DNA of 64,000 bases, from positions 789-64,788 of the forward strand of contig JAGWTU010000028.1 of assembly GCA_028868825.1 (NCBI GenBank), written 5' to 3'. The notes beneath the pieces are model-generated. The model was given only the letters and a program-made list of their open reading frames with translations, was not told the DNA's origin and ran no database searches. Both the position numbers and the translations under genes were made by a program. The stretch is from Burkholderiales bacterium. GTDB taxonomy: Bacteria > Pseudomonadota > Gammaproteobacteria > Burkholderiales > Burkholderiaceae_C. Shown one piece after another: positions 15,993-25,877 of this stretch (position 1 is the first letter of the stretch; every line of letters begins with the position of its first letter).

Positions 15993-18496
15993 CGGATCCG
16001 GCGCCGGCCGTCCCCCGGAAGTCGCGGCGCCGCCGGTCGTCGAAGGCGTCGCCGTCGCCGCGCGGCAAGCCGTCCCAAGTGCCGCCGGCCCTGGCGGCCG
16101 CAGCCAGCGCGGCGCTGGCGCTGTTCCTGGCACTGCACCATCCCTTGTCGCCGGCGCTGGCGCTGCTGGGCTGCGCCGCGCTCGGCGGCCTCGCGTTCTG
16201 GCGCCCGCTGCCGGCGCTGGCGCTGCTGCCGGTGCTGCTGCCGGCGATCGACCTCATGCCATGGACCGGCTGGCTGACGTTCGAGGAATTCGACATCGCG
16301 GTGCTTGCGGTGGCCGCGGGCGCCTATGCGCGCCGGCTGCTCGAGCGACCCGAGGCGCGCCCGGCCGGCGGCGCGACGGCGCTCAAGGGGCTGCTGATCA
16401 CCGGCTATGCGGCGGCGCTGCTCGTGAGCCTGCTGCGGGGTTTCGCCGACGCCGGCGGACTGGTCTGGGGCTGGTGGCAGGGCTATCAGGAGTCGATGAA
16501 CAGCCTGCGCCTGCTCAAGCCCTACTTCCTCGCCTGCCTCGTGCTGCCGCTGTGGACCGGGGCGCTGCGCGCGCAGCCCCAGCGCTCGGCACGCGCGTTC
16601 GCGCTCGGCATGGCCGGCGGCCTCGGCGTGGTGGCGCTGCTGCTGCTGTGGGAGCGCTGGGCGAACACCGGGCTGGGCAATTTCTCGTCCGACTACCGCA
16701 CGACGGCCCTGTTCTGGGAGATGCATGTCGGCGGCGCCGCGCTCGACGGCTTCCTCGCGCTGACGATGCCCTTCGCGGTGCGCGAGCTGCTGCGCGCGCA
16801 CAGTGCGCGGCGCTGGTTCGCGGCGGCGCTCATCGTGCTGATCGGCGCCTATGGCTGCCTGACGACGTTCTCGCGCGATGTCTACATCGGCGTGCCGGCG
16901 GCGCTGATCACGATGACGGCGCTGGCCGCCCAGCAGCGAACGCGATCGCCGGCGTCGGCCGGCACGGCCGCGACGACACCCTGGCTGGCGACGATCCTCG
17001 TCTGGCTGCTGTTCGCCGGCGCCGTCGCCTGGACCTTCCCGAGCGGCGGTTACCGCGTCATGCTGGCGCTGCTCGGCGCCGTGCCCTGGGTGCTGGCGGC
17101 GCCGGCGCGGTTGCGCTCGCTCTGGTTCGGCTCCGCATCGTCGGCGCCGGCCCCGCGCGCCGCCGCTGCCGTGCTGGGCGCGGGTGGTGTCGCGGCGCTG
17201 CTGCTGACGCTGGCCGCCCTGGCGCTGCCCAAGGGGCCCTACCTCGTCTACGCGCTCGTCTGGAGCGCCTGCGCGCTGGCGGCGATGGTGCTGCGGCGGC
17301 GCCCGGCGCGCGCGCTAGCGATCGGCTACGGCGCCGCGCTCGTCGCGCTGATCGGACTCGTGCCGACCGTCGCGGGCTACTGGGGCGGTGCGGCGGCGCG
17401 CACGCAGGCACTGCCCGCGGCCGCCGTGCTGGCGCTGCTGGCCGCCTGGGGCTGCGCGTCGCGGCGCCCGCGCTGGCCCGACGCGCTGCGCTGGCAGGGC
17501 ACGCAGACGGCGGCGCTGGTGGTCGTCGGACTCGTCGGCGGCGTGCTGCTGGGCGGCAGCTACATGGACGACCGCTTCGCCAGCGGCCGCGAGGATCTGC
17601 ACACCCGTCTCGTCCACTGGCAGCATGGCGTCGGCCTGATGAACGGCGGCAGCGACTGGTTCTTCGGCAAGGGGCTGGGGCGCTACCCGGCGAACCGCTT
17701 CGTCTCCGGCTATGTCGAGGACGAGGTCGGCGACTATCGGCTGGGCGGCGCCGGTGCCGACCGCCACCTCGCGCTCAGCGGCGGCAAGCACATGCTGGGC
17801 TGGGGCGAGATGCTGCGCCTGTCGCAGCGCGTCGATGCCTTCGAGGGGCCGGTGACGGTGCGCGCCCGGGTCGGCGCCGACGCGCCGGTGACGCTGCAGT
17901 TCGAGCTCTGCCGCAAGCATCTGCTCTACGACAACGGCAGTTGCAGGGTGGCCAGCGCCAGGGTCGTCGCGTCCGCCGGGCAGACGCAGGCGATCGAGCT
18001 GCAGCTGACAGGGCCCGGGCTGGACCATGGCGACTGGTTCGCACCGAACTTCATCGTCTTCTCGGTCGCGGTCGCCGACAGCGGGCGCGCGGCGCGCATC
18101 GCCGAGCTGAGCGCGACCGACGCCAGGGGCCGCGAACTGCTCGAAAACCGCGATTTCAGTGCCGGCATGTCGCGCTGGTTCTTCAGCAGCGACAAGTACC
18201 ACCTGCCCTGGCACATGAAGAACCTCTTCCTGCACCTGCTGCTCGAGCAGGGCGCCATCGGTCTCGGCCTGTTCCTGGCGCTGCTCGCCGGCGCCTTCTG
18301 GCGCCTCGCCGCCGGCCGCGCCCGCGACCACGAACTGGCGCCGCCGCTGGCCGGCGCGCTGGTCGGATTCGTCGTCGTCGGCCTCTTCGACAGCCTGCTC
18401 GACGTGCCCCGCGTGGCCTTCCTCGCCTACCTGCTGATGCTGGTCGCCCTGAGCTTGGCGCCCGCGCGTCCCGGGGTCGCCGCGCGCGCACCCTAA
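15989..18496 (+). CDS. O-antigen ligase/polymerase-like (Wzy_C) membrane protein, exosortase A-associated 'O-glycosylation ligase' type, unusually long at 835 aa
   Basis: ATGA overlap with the upstream stop. Many TM helices, TTFSRDVYIG, and the terminal motif HMKNLFLHLLLEQGAIGLGLF. A soluble insert of about 200 aa lies before the terminal motif. Confidence 0.75.
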   Translation: MTDPAPAVPRKSRRRRSSKASPSPRGKPSQVPPALAAAASAALALFLALHHPLSPALALLGCAALGGLAFWRPLPALALLPVLLPAIDLMPWTGWLTFEEFDIAVLAVAAGAYARRLLERPEARPAGGATALKGLLITGYAAALLVSLLRGFADAGGLVWGWWQGYQESMNSLRLLKPYFLACLVLPLWTGALRAQPQRSARAFALGMAGGLGVVALLLLWERWANTGLGNFSSDYRTTALFWEMHVGGAALDGFLALTMPFAVRELLRAHSARRWFAAALIVLIGAYGCLTTFSRDVYIGVPAALITMTALAAQQRTRSPASAGTAATTPWLATILVWLLFAGAVAWTFPSGGYRVMLALLGAVPWVLAAPARLRSLWFGSASSAPAPRAAAAVLGAGGVAALLLTLAALALPKGPYLVYALVWSACALAAMVLRRRPARALAIGYGAALVALIGLVPTVAGYWGGAAARTQALPAAAVLALLAAWGCASRRPRWPDALRWQGTQTAALVVVGLVGGVLLGGSYMDDRFASGREDLHTRLVHWQHGVGLMNGGSDWFFGKGLGRYPANRFVSGYVEDEVGDYRLGGAGADRHLALSGGKHMLGWGEMLRLSQRVDAFEGPVTVRARVGADAPVTLQFELCRKHLLYDNGSCRVASARVVASAGQTQAIELQLTGPGLDHGDWFAPNFIVFSVAVADSGRAARIAELSATDARGRELLENRDFSAGMSRWFFSSDKYHLPWHMKNLFLHLLLEQGAIGLGLFLALLAGAFWRLAAGRARDHELAPPLAGALVGFVVVGLFDSLLDVPRVAFLAYLLMLVALSLAPARPGVAARAP

Positions 18497-18550
18497 AATG
18501 CGCGGTTCGCCCGCTCCTGCCGGGCACGCTACCGTCGAGGATCGCCGAAA

Positions 18551-18871
18551 GTGTTTATCTCCGAAGCCTTTGCCCAGACCGCCACCGGTGGCGGCACCCA
18601 ATCGTCGCTCATGAGCCTGCTGCCGCTGGTGCTCATGTTCGTGGTCCTGTACTTCATCATGATCCGCCCGCAGATGAAGAAGCAGAAGGAGCACAAGGCG
18701 ATGATCGACGCCCTGGCCAAGGGCGACGAGGTCGTCGTCGGCGGCGGCGTCATCGGCCGCATCGCCAAGATCGGCGAGACCTTCGTCCATGTCGAGGTCG
18801 CCAACGGCGTCGAGCTGCAGGTGCAGCGCGCGGCCGTCGTCCAGGTCCTGCCCAAGGGCACCTACAAGTAA
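18551..18871 (+). CDS. yajC: Preprotein translocase subunit YajC
   Basis: LLPLVLMFVVLYFIMIRPQMKKQKEHKAMIDALAKGDEVVVGGGVIGRI is a canonical YajC sequence, and it precedes secDF. Confidence 0.9.
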   Translation: MFISEAFAQTATGGGTQSSLMSLLPLVLMFVVLYFIMIRPQMKKQKEHKAMIDALAKGDEVVVGGGVIGRIAKIGETFVHVEVANGVELQVQRAAVVQVLPKGTYK

Positions 18872-18940
18872 GTCAGTCCCCCGCGGCGGCGCCTGGCGCG
18901 CCGCCCAGCCACCAAGAGGCCGCCCGGCCAAGGAATCTTG

Positions 18941-20782
18941 ATGAACCGCTACCCCTGGTGGAAGTACGCGATCCTCGGCGTCGCCCTGCTGATCGGCGTG
19001 CTCTACACGCTGCCCAACTTCTACGGCGAGGCGCCGGCCGTCCAGATCACCGGCGGCAAGGTCACGGTGCGCGTCGACGGCGCCATGGTCGACCGCGTCC
19101 AGCAGGTGCTGACCGCGGCGGCCGTGCAGCCCGATTTCGTCCAGTTCGACGGCAACTCGGTGCGCGCGCGCTTCGCCAACACCGACATCCAGCTCAAGGC
19201 CAAGGACGCGCTGTCGAAGTCGCTCAACCCCGACCCGGCGAACCCCGACTACATCGTCGCGCTGAACCTCGTCTCGCGCTCGCCCGTCTGGCTCACCAAG
19301 CTGCACGCGCTGCCGATGTTCCTCGGCCTGGACCTGCGCGGCGGCGTCCACTTCCTGATGCAGGTGGACATGCGCGCTGCCGTCAAGCTCAGCGTCGACA
19401 GCTACGCCAGCGACGCGCGCACGACGCTGCGCGACAAGCGCGTGCGTTTCTCCGGCATCACGCGCGACCCCGACGGCGTCACCGTCTCCGTGCCCGATGC
19501 CGCCGAGGCGACGAAGGCGCGCGACCTGCTGTATGACCGCCTGCCCTCGATGACCTGGACCGAGCAGCCCGGCGACGCCGGCGCGATGCGAGTCGTCGGT
19601 CGGCTCTCGCCGAAGGCGGCGCTGGAGATCCAGAACCAGGCCATCAAGCAGAACATCGAGACGCTGCACAAGCGCGTCAACGAACTCGGCGTCGCCGAGC
19701 CGGTCATCCAGCAGCAGGGCGCCGACCGCATCGTCGTCCAGCTGCCCGGCGTGCAGGACACGGCGCGCGCCAAGGACATCATCGGCCGCACGGCGACGCT
19801 GCAGTTCCGCCTCGTCGACCCCGATGCCGCGACGGCGGCCGAGGTCGTGCCGACGCGCGAGGGCGGCAGCGTCGGCCTCAAGCGCGACGTCATCGCCAGC
19901 GGCGAGCAGATCAAGCAGGCCGCCGCCGGCTTCGACCGCGACCAGCGCCCCGACGTCTCGGTGCGGCTGGACGACGTCGGCGGCCGCAACATGCGCAACG
20001 TCACGCGCGAGAACCTCGGCAAGCCGATGGCCATCGTGCTCTACGAGAAGGGCAAGGGCCAGGCGCTGTCGGTGGCGACGATCCAGGGCGAGTTCGGCAC
20101 CGATTTCCAGATCACCGGCCGCTTCACGCCGCAGGAGGTCAACGACCTCGCGCTGCTGATCCGCGCCGGCGCGCTGGCCGCGCCGATGGACATCATCGAG
20201 GAACGCACGATCGGCCCGAGCCTGGGCGCCGACAACATCACCAAGGGCTTCCACAGCGTGATGTACGGCTTCGCCGCCATCGCCGCCTTCATGTGCCTGT
20301 ACTACCGGCTGTTCGGCGTCTTCTCGACGCTGGCGCTGGCCTTCAACCTGCTGTGCCTGGTGGCGCTGCTGTCGCTGCTGCAGGCCACGCTGACGCTGCC
20401 GGGCATCGCGGCCATCGCCCTGACGCTGGGCATGGCGATCGACGCCAACGTGCTGATCAACGAGCGCGTGCGCGAGGAACTGCGCGGCGGCGCGAGCCCG
20501 CAGGTGGCGATCCACACCGGCTACGAACGCGCCTGGGGCACGATCCTCGACTCCAACGTCACGACGCTGATCGCCGGCGTCTCGCTGCTGGCCTTCGGCT
20601 CGGGGCCGGTGCGCGGCTTCGCCGTCGTCCACTGCCTCGGCATCTTGACATCGATGTTCTCCGCGGTGATGTTCTCGCGCGGCCTCGTGAACTTCTGGTA
20701 CGGACGCCAGAAGCGCTTGAAGGGCGTCTCGATCGGGCAGGTCTGGCGGCCCGACGGCGATGTGCCGGCCGTGAAGTCGTAA
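18941..20782 (+). CDS. secD: Protein translocase subunit SecD
   Basis: MNRYPWWKYAILGVALLIGVLYTLPNFYGE and the C-terminal SecD/F membrane domain IAAIALTLGMAIDANVLINERVREE. Confidence 0.95.
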   Translation: MNRYPWWKYAILGVALLIGVLYTLPNFYGEAPAVQITGGKVTVRVDGAMVDRVQQVLTAAAVQPDFVQFDGNSVRARFANTDIQLKAKDALSKSLNPDPANPDYIVALNLVSRSPVWLTKLHALPMFLGLDLRGGVHFLMQVDMRAAVKLSVDSYASDARTTLRDKRVRFSGITRDPDGVTVSVPDAAEATKARDLLYDRLPSMTWTEQPGDAGAMRVVGRLSPKAALEIQNQAIKQNIETLHKRVNELGVAEPVIQQQGADRIVVQLPGVQDTARAKDIIGRTATLQFRLVDPDAATAAEVVPTREGGSVGLKRDVIASGEQIKQAAAGFDRDQRPDVSVRLDDVGGRNMRNVTRENLGKPMAIVLYEKGKGQALSVATIQGEFGTDFQITGRFTPQEVNDLALLIRAGALAAPMDIIEERTIGPSLGADNITKGFHSVMYGFAAIAAFMCLYYRLFGVFSTLALAFNLLCLVALLSLLQATLTLPGIAAIALTLGMAIDANVLINERVREELRGGASPQVAIHTGYERAWGTILDSNVTTLIAGVSLLAFGSGPVRGFAVVHCLGILTSMFSAVMFSRGLVNFWYGRQKRLKGVSIGQVWRPDGDVPAVKS

Positions 20783-20794
20783 GGGGAGGCGGTC

Positions 20795-21835
20795 ATGGAA
20801 TTCTTCCGTATCAAGCGTGACATCCCGTTCATGCGCCACGTGCTGGTGCTGAACATCATCTCGGCCATCACCTTCGCCGCCGCCGTCTTCTTCCTCGCCA
20901 CGCGCGGGCTCGAGCTCTCGGTGGAGTTCACCGGCGGCACGCTGATCCAGGTCGCCTACGCCGACACCGCCAACATCGACCGCGCGCGCTCGGCCGTCGA
21001 GACGCTGGGCTACGGCGACGTGCAGGTGCAGCCGTTCGGCACCTCGCGCGACGTGCTGATCCGCGTGCCGGTGCGCGCCGACGTCAAGCAGACCGAAGTT
21101 TCGGGCCGCGTCTTCGACGCGCTGTGCAAGGCCGAGTCGGGCGTCAGCGGCCGCAAGCAGTACCTGACGCCGCAGGGCGAGCAGGTCAGCCGCGCCAGCT
21201 GCGCGCGCGCCGACGGCAGCGAGCCGCTGCTGCTCACCAGCACCGAGGCGGTGGGCGCCTCGGTCGGCGCCGAGCTGTACCAGAACGGCGCGCTCGCGCT
21301 GCTCGTCACCGTGCTCGGCATCATGGCCTACCTGGCGGTGCGCTTCGAATGGAAGTTCGCGCTCGCCGGCATCATCGCCAACCTGCACGACGTCGTCATC
21401 ATCCTCGGCTTCTTCGCCTTCTTCCGCTGGGAGTTCTCGCTCTCGGTGCTGGCGGCGGTGCTGGCGGTGCTGGGTTACTCGGTCAACGAATCGGTCGTCA
21501 TCTTCGACCGCATCCGCGAGACCTTCCGCAAGTTCCGCAAGCTCAATACGCACCAGGTCATCGACCACGCGATCACGAGCACGACGAGCCGCACCATCAT
21601 CACCCACGGTTCGACGCAGATGATGGTGCTGTCGATGCTGTTCTTCGGCGGCCCGACGCTGCACTACTTCGCCATCGCGCTGACGATCGGCATCCTGTTC
21701 GGCATCTACTCGTCGATCTTCGTCGCCGCCGGCATCGCGATGTGGCTGGGCGTCAAGCGCGACGACCTCGTCAAGCTAGGGACCTCGACGAAGGACAGCG
21801 ACCCGAACGACCCGAACGCCGGGGCTGTGGTGTAG
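20795..21835 (+). CDS. secF: Protein translocase subunit SecF
   Basis: MEFFRIKRDIPFMRH..., LGYSVNESVVIFDRIRE, and its position after secD. Confidence 0.95.
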   Translation: MEFFRIKRDIPFMRHVLVLNIISAITFAAAVFFLATRGLELSVEFTGGTLIQVAYADTANIDRARSAVETLGYGDVQVQPFGTSRDVLIRVPVRADVKQTEVSGRVFDALCKAESGVSGRKQYLTPQGEQVSRASCARADGSEPLLLTSTEAVGASVGAELYQNGALALLVTVLGIMAYLAVRFEWKFALAGIIANLHDVVIILGFFAFFRWEFSLSVLAAVLAVLGYSVNESVVIFDRIRETFRKFRKLNTHQVIDHAITSTTSRTIITHGSTQMMVLSMLFFGGPTLHYFAIALTIGILFGIYSSIFVAAGIAMWLGVKRDDLVKLGTSTKDSDPNDPNAGAVV

Positions 21836-21875
21836 AGTGGGCCGAACCGCCACTCATCCGAGCTGACCCGCCGCA

Positions 21876-24242
21876 ATGGCCAACCGCGCCTCGCCCGACT
21901 CGCTTGCCGGCCAGGCGCGCAGGCTCTACTCCGAAGAGCTGGTCAAGGGCCTGGTGCCGCTGGTGCAGGCCGTCATCGACGCCGCACGCGACCTCTTCGA
22001 CAAGCCCAGCGAACACGCCGTCTTCCAGCGCCGGCGCGACCTCGTGCAGGCGCTGGGCACCGGGGCCCAGGCCTGGCACCGCGGCATCGTCGCCGGGTTG
22101 CGCAAGGTGCTCACCTCGGGCGTCTCGGCCACCTATCCGGGCGACCTGCCGCCGCCCGGGCAGGGCCGTGACGCGCTGACCCTGGTCTCCGACGATGCGA
22201 TCGAACTCGAGATCGTGACCTCGCGCCTGGCGCTGGCGATCATGGACCGCGCCTCCTGGGAATTCGCCGACCTGCGTTCGCGCGTCGCGCATCTCGAAGG
22301 CCGCGCCGAGCTCGAACCGCACGACATGCTGCGCGCCCATGTGCTGGCGCGCATCGTCTTCGAATCCTGGCGCGCCGCCGGGCTCTCGCTCGAGGGCTGG
22401 CGCGAGATGCAGCCGACGCTGCACGAGGAATTCGCCGCGCTCGTCGAGGAGGCGTACCACGAGGCCAACCGCTGGCTCGTCGAACAGGGCGTGCTTGCCG
22501 AGGTCGATCTGCGGCCCTTCATCCGCCGCGCCCGCGAGTATCCGGTGGCACCGTCGTGGCAGGCCGGCGGCGGCCGCGATGCCGGGCCGTCGATCGGCCT
22601 GCCGGCGAACTCGGCCTACGGCAGCGGCTATGCGGCGCCGCCGGGCGGCTACACCGCCTGGGGGCCTTCGTCGGTGCGCGGCGACGTCAGCGACGAGACG
22701 CGGATGATGACGCGCGGCGCGCCGCTGGCGCGCAGCCGCGAGCATGCCGAGGCCGTGCTCGGCCGCCTGAACCGGCTCATCGGCCGCCATGTGCCGGCCT
22801 TCGGCACGTCGACGCGGTCGCAGGCGCTGGGGCCGCATTCGGCGATGTCGCCGGCCCTGGCGCACGCCATCGACACGGCGCAGGTCGATCTGCGCCACCG
22901 CCTGTCGACGCGCGGCGACGCCGGCGTCGGGTTGACCGCGCCGGTGATGCTCGAGGAGCTGCACCAGCGCAAGCAGGCGCTGAAGAAGGCCGCGGCGACG
23001 CCCGAGGAGCGGGCGACGATCGAGATCGTCGCGCTGCTGTTCCAGAGCATCCTGACCGAGGACCGCATCCCGGCCAGCGTGCGCGTGTGGTTCGCGCGGC
23101 TGCAGATGCCGGTGCTGCGCGTGGCCGTCACCGAGCCCGATTTCTTCGCCACCATCGACCACCCGGCGCGGCGCCTGATCGACCGCATGGGCGCCTGCGT
23201 GATGGGCTTCGACAGCGCCGCCAGCGGCGCGGCCAGCGAAGGCTCGGGCGCGCTCGAAAAGGAGATCAAGCGCATCGTCCAGGTCGTCGAGGCCTACCCC
23301 GATACCGGCCGTCGCGTCTTCCAGACCGTGCTGACCGAGTTCGAGAAATTCCTCGAGCATTACTTCAGCACCGAGAACGAGGCGACGCGGCGCGGCGTCT
23401 CGCTGGCGCAGCAGGTCGAGCAGCGCGAGACGCTGGCGATCCAGTACACGATCGAGCTGCGGCGCATGCTCAACGAGGTGCCGGTGCAGGAAGGCGTGCG
23501 CCAGTTCCTGTTCCACGTCTGGGCCGACGTGCTGGCGACGACGGCCGTGCGCTACGGCGCCCAGGACCAGCAGACGAAGACGATGAAGCGCGCCGCCGCC
23601 GACCTCATCTGGAGCGCCAGCGCCAAGGTCACGCGCGAGGAGCGCGCCGAGGTCATCCGGCGCCTGCCGGTGCTGCTGAAATCGCTGCGCGAGGGCATGG
23701 TCTCGGCCGGCATCGACGCCGCCAAGCAAGACGAGAACATCCAGCAGCTCAACAACTCGCTCGCCGCGGCGTTCACCGCCAAGGCCGCGGTGATCCCCGA
23801 CGACCGGCTGCGCGAGCTGATGGAGCGGCTGGAAACGCTCGAGGAACTGCTGCCCGAGGCCGCCGACGTCGACATCGACGAATCGATGGTGCTCGACCTC
23901 TCGGGGCACCAGAGCAGCGAGCTCGACGTCGTGCTCGACGGCGGCTCGATGCCGACGCCGGCGATGGTCGCCTGGGCACGCGAGCTGCAGGTCGGCAGCT
24001 GGTACATGCTGGACCGCGGCGGCCACAGCGAGGCGGTGCAGTTGGCCTGGCATGGCCTGCGCAAGCAGCTCTCGCTGTTCGTCACGCCGCACGGGCGCTG
24101 CGTGCTGTTCCAGCAGCACCGCCTGGCGTCCTATCTGCAGGCCGGCCTGATGCTGCCGGCGCAGGACGAGGCGCTGACGGTGCGCGCGACGCGCAGCGCG
24201 CTCGCCAAGCTCGACGTCGACGGCTCGCGGCTTTTGAACTAG
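21876..24242 (+). CDS. DUF1631 family protein (conserved, function unknown)
   Basis: 788 aa, with an N-terminus and overall sequence that resemble proteobacterial DUF1631 proteins from memory. Codon bias matches real genes here. Confidence 0.65.
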   Translation: MANRASPDSLAGQARRLYSEELVKGLVPLVQAVIDAARDLFDKPSEHAVFQRRRDLVQALGTGAQAWHRGIVAGLRKVLTSGVSATYPGDLPPPGQGRDALTLVSDDAIELEIVTSRLALAIMDRASWEFADLRSRVAHLEGRAELEPHDMLRAHVLARIVFESWRAAGLSLEGWREMQPTLHEEFAALVEEAYHEANRWLVEQGVLAEVDLRPFIRRAREYPVAPSWQAGGGRDAGPSIGLPANSAYGSGYAAPPGGYTAWGPSSVRGDVSDETRMMTRGAPLARSREHAEAVLGRLNRLIGRHVPAFGTSTRSQALGPHSAMSPALAHAIDTAQVDLRHRLSTRGDAGVGLTAPVMLEELHQRKQALKKAAATPEERATIEIVALLFQSILTEDRIPASVRVWFARLQMPVLRVAVTEPDFFATIDHPARRLIDRMGACVMGFDSAASGAASEGSGALEKEIKRIVQVVEAYPDTGRRVFQTVLTEFEKFLEHYFSTENEATRRGVSLAQQVEQRETLAIQYTIELRRMLNEVPVQEGVRQFLFHVWADVLATTAVRYGAQDQQTKTMKRAAADLIWSASAKVTREERAEVIRRLPVLLKSLREGMVSAGIDAAKQDENIQQLNNSLAAAFTAKAAVIPDDRLRELMERLETLEELLPEAADVDIDESMVLDLSGHQSSELDVVLDGGSMPTPAMVAWARELQVGSWYMLDRGGHSEAVQLAWHGLRKQLSLFVTPHGRCVLFQQHRLASYLQAGLMLPAQDEALTVRATRSALAKLDVDGSRLLN

Positions 24243-24691
24243 TGGATCACCCGGTCGCCGGGGTCGACGAACAGCTCGTCGAGGATCAGCGCGTCGGGCT
24301 CCTCGCCCAGGCTCCAGAACACCATCAGCACGATGATCTTCAGGTCCTCGAGGTCGAGCTTGCCGGCGCCGACGGCGACGGCGCGGTCGATCACCATCTC
24401 GCGCATCGGCGCCGGCAGCACGCCGGCCGATTCGAGGAAGGCGATGAAGCCGACCGACGATTCGTCCAGCACCTCGCGCTCGGCGTCGGTGTAGACGCGC
24501 ATGCTCGCCCGCTCGGGCGCGCCGGTGACGGCGCCGGCGCTGTCGGCCAGGCCGTCGAGCCAGCGCAGCGCGTCCTGGATTTCCTCGGGTTCGAAGCCCA
24601 CGGCGGAGAGTTTGCGCGAGAGCTGCTTGGGTTCCGGACAGGCATCCGGGCGCCAATAGTTCTCGTAGAGATAGACCAGTACTTCGAACAT
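24239..24691 (-). CDS. smg: Smg (DUF494) protein
   Basis: MFEVLVYLYENYWRPDACPEPKQLSRKLSAVGFEPEEIQDALRWL is a canonical Smg N-terminus, and it lies downstream of dprA. Confidence 0.85.
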   Translation of the reverse strand: MFEVLVYLYENYWRPDACPEPKQLSRKLSAVGFEPEEIQDALRWLDGLADSAGAVTGAPERASMRVYTDAEREVLDESSVGFIAFLESAGVLPAPMREMVIDRAVAVGAGKLDLEDLKIIVLMVFWSLGEEPDALILDELFVDPGDRVIH

Positions 24692-24721
24692 CGGTCCACT
24701 ATACCCGAGCCGACCGGGTCC

Positions 24722-25822
24722 TCAAGCGGCAAAACGTCGCTGAAACCGGCCTCCGGGCAGGCGCGCCAGGCGGCCTTCGAGTTCGAGGTCGAGCAGCCGT
24801 GCCGCGAGCCGGTCGGCCGGCCACCCGCTGCGGTCCTGCAGCTCGTCCAGCGTCAGCGATTCGGCGCCCAGGGCCTGCAGCAACGGGTCGGTGGTGTCGG
24901 CGGCGGGTGCGGGCGGCGCCACCGCGGCGGCCCCGATGCCGCCGGCGCCGAGTTCGTCGAAGATGTCCTGCACCGTCTCGACCAGCTTGGCGCCCTGCTT
25001 GATGAGGTCGTGGCAGCCCCGGGACTGCGGCGCGTGGATCGAGCCCGGCATCGCGAACACCTCGCGACCGGCCTCGGCGGCGAGGCGGGCCGTGATCAGC
25101 GAGCCCGACTTCAATGCCGCCTCGACGACCAGCGTGCCGCGCGTCAGCCCGGCGATGATGCGGTTGCGGCGCGGGAAGTTGTGCGCCAGCGCTTCCATGC
25201 CGGGTGAGTACTCGCTTATGAGGGCGCCGTGGGCGGCGATGCGCCGCGCCAGCGCCCGATGGCGCGCCGGGTAGACCTGGTCGAGCCCGGTGCCACAGAC
25301 GGCGACGGTGCCGGCCGCGCTGGCGAGCGCACCTTCGTGCGCCGCGGCGTCGATGCCCGCGGCCAGCCCCGAGACGACGACCCAGCCGGCGTTGCCGATC
25401 GCGCTGCCGAAGCGGCGCGCGTGGTCGATGCCCTGCGGCGTCGCGTGGCGGCTGCCGACGATGGCCAGCGCCGGCGCGGCGAGCCGCTTCGCGTCGCCCT
25501 CGACGTAGAGCAGCAGCGGCGGGTCGGGCGACTGCAGCAGCAGCGGCGGCCAGTCGGGGTGGTCCAGCGTCAGCACGCTGCGGTTCGGCTCCCCGGCGAG
25601 CCAGGCCAGCGCAGCGGCCAGGCGCTGCGGCCAGTCGGGCGGCGGCTCGCGCAGGGCGGCCGCGACGGCCGGACCGACGATGGCCGCGCGCCGCGCCTCG
25701 GTGGCCCCGAGCACCGCGTCGGGTGACCCGAGCGCCGCGAGCAGCCGCCGCGCCGATGCGCGCCCCAGCCCGGGCGTCTCGATGAGCCTCAGCCAGGCCG
25801 CGAAATCGGCGTCGGCCGGCAT
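24722..25822 (-). CDS. dprA: DNA-processing protein DprA (Smf)
   Basis: Rossmann-like core AIVGSRHATPQG...VVSGLAAGIDAAAHEGAL...VAVCGTGLD and the position lysM-dprA-smg opposite def-fmt. Confidence 0.85.
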   Translation of the reverse strand: MPADADFAAWLRLIETPGLGRASARRLLAALGSPDAVLGATEARRAAIVGPAVAAALREPPPDWPQRLAAALAWLAGEPNRSVLTLDHPDWPPLLLQSPDPPLLLYVEGDAKRLAAPALAIVGSRHATPQGIDHARRFGSAIGNAGWVVVSGLAAGIDAAAHEGALASAAGTVAVCGTGLDQVYPARHRALARRIAAHGALISEYSPGMEALAHNFPRRNRIIAGLTRGTLVVEAALKSGSLITARLAAEAGREVFAMPGSIHAPQSRGCHDLIKQGAKLVETVQDIFDELGAGGIGAAAVAPPAPAADTTDPLLQALGAESLTLDELQDRSGWPADRLAARLLDLELEGRLARLPGGRFQRRFAA

Positions 25823-25877
25823 CGCGGTGGCTTCCCGGGGCAGGCCGGCGAGTCGGCGCGAGCGCCTGCGGCGCTCG

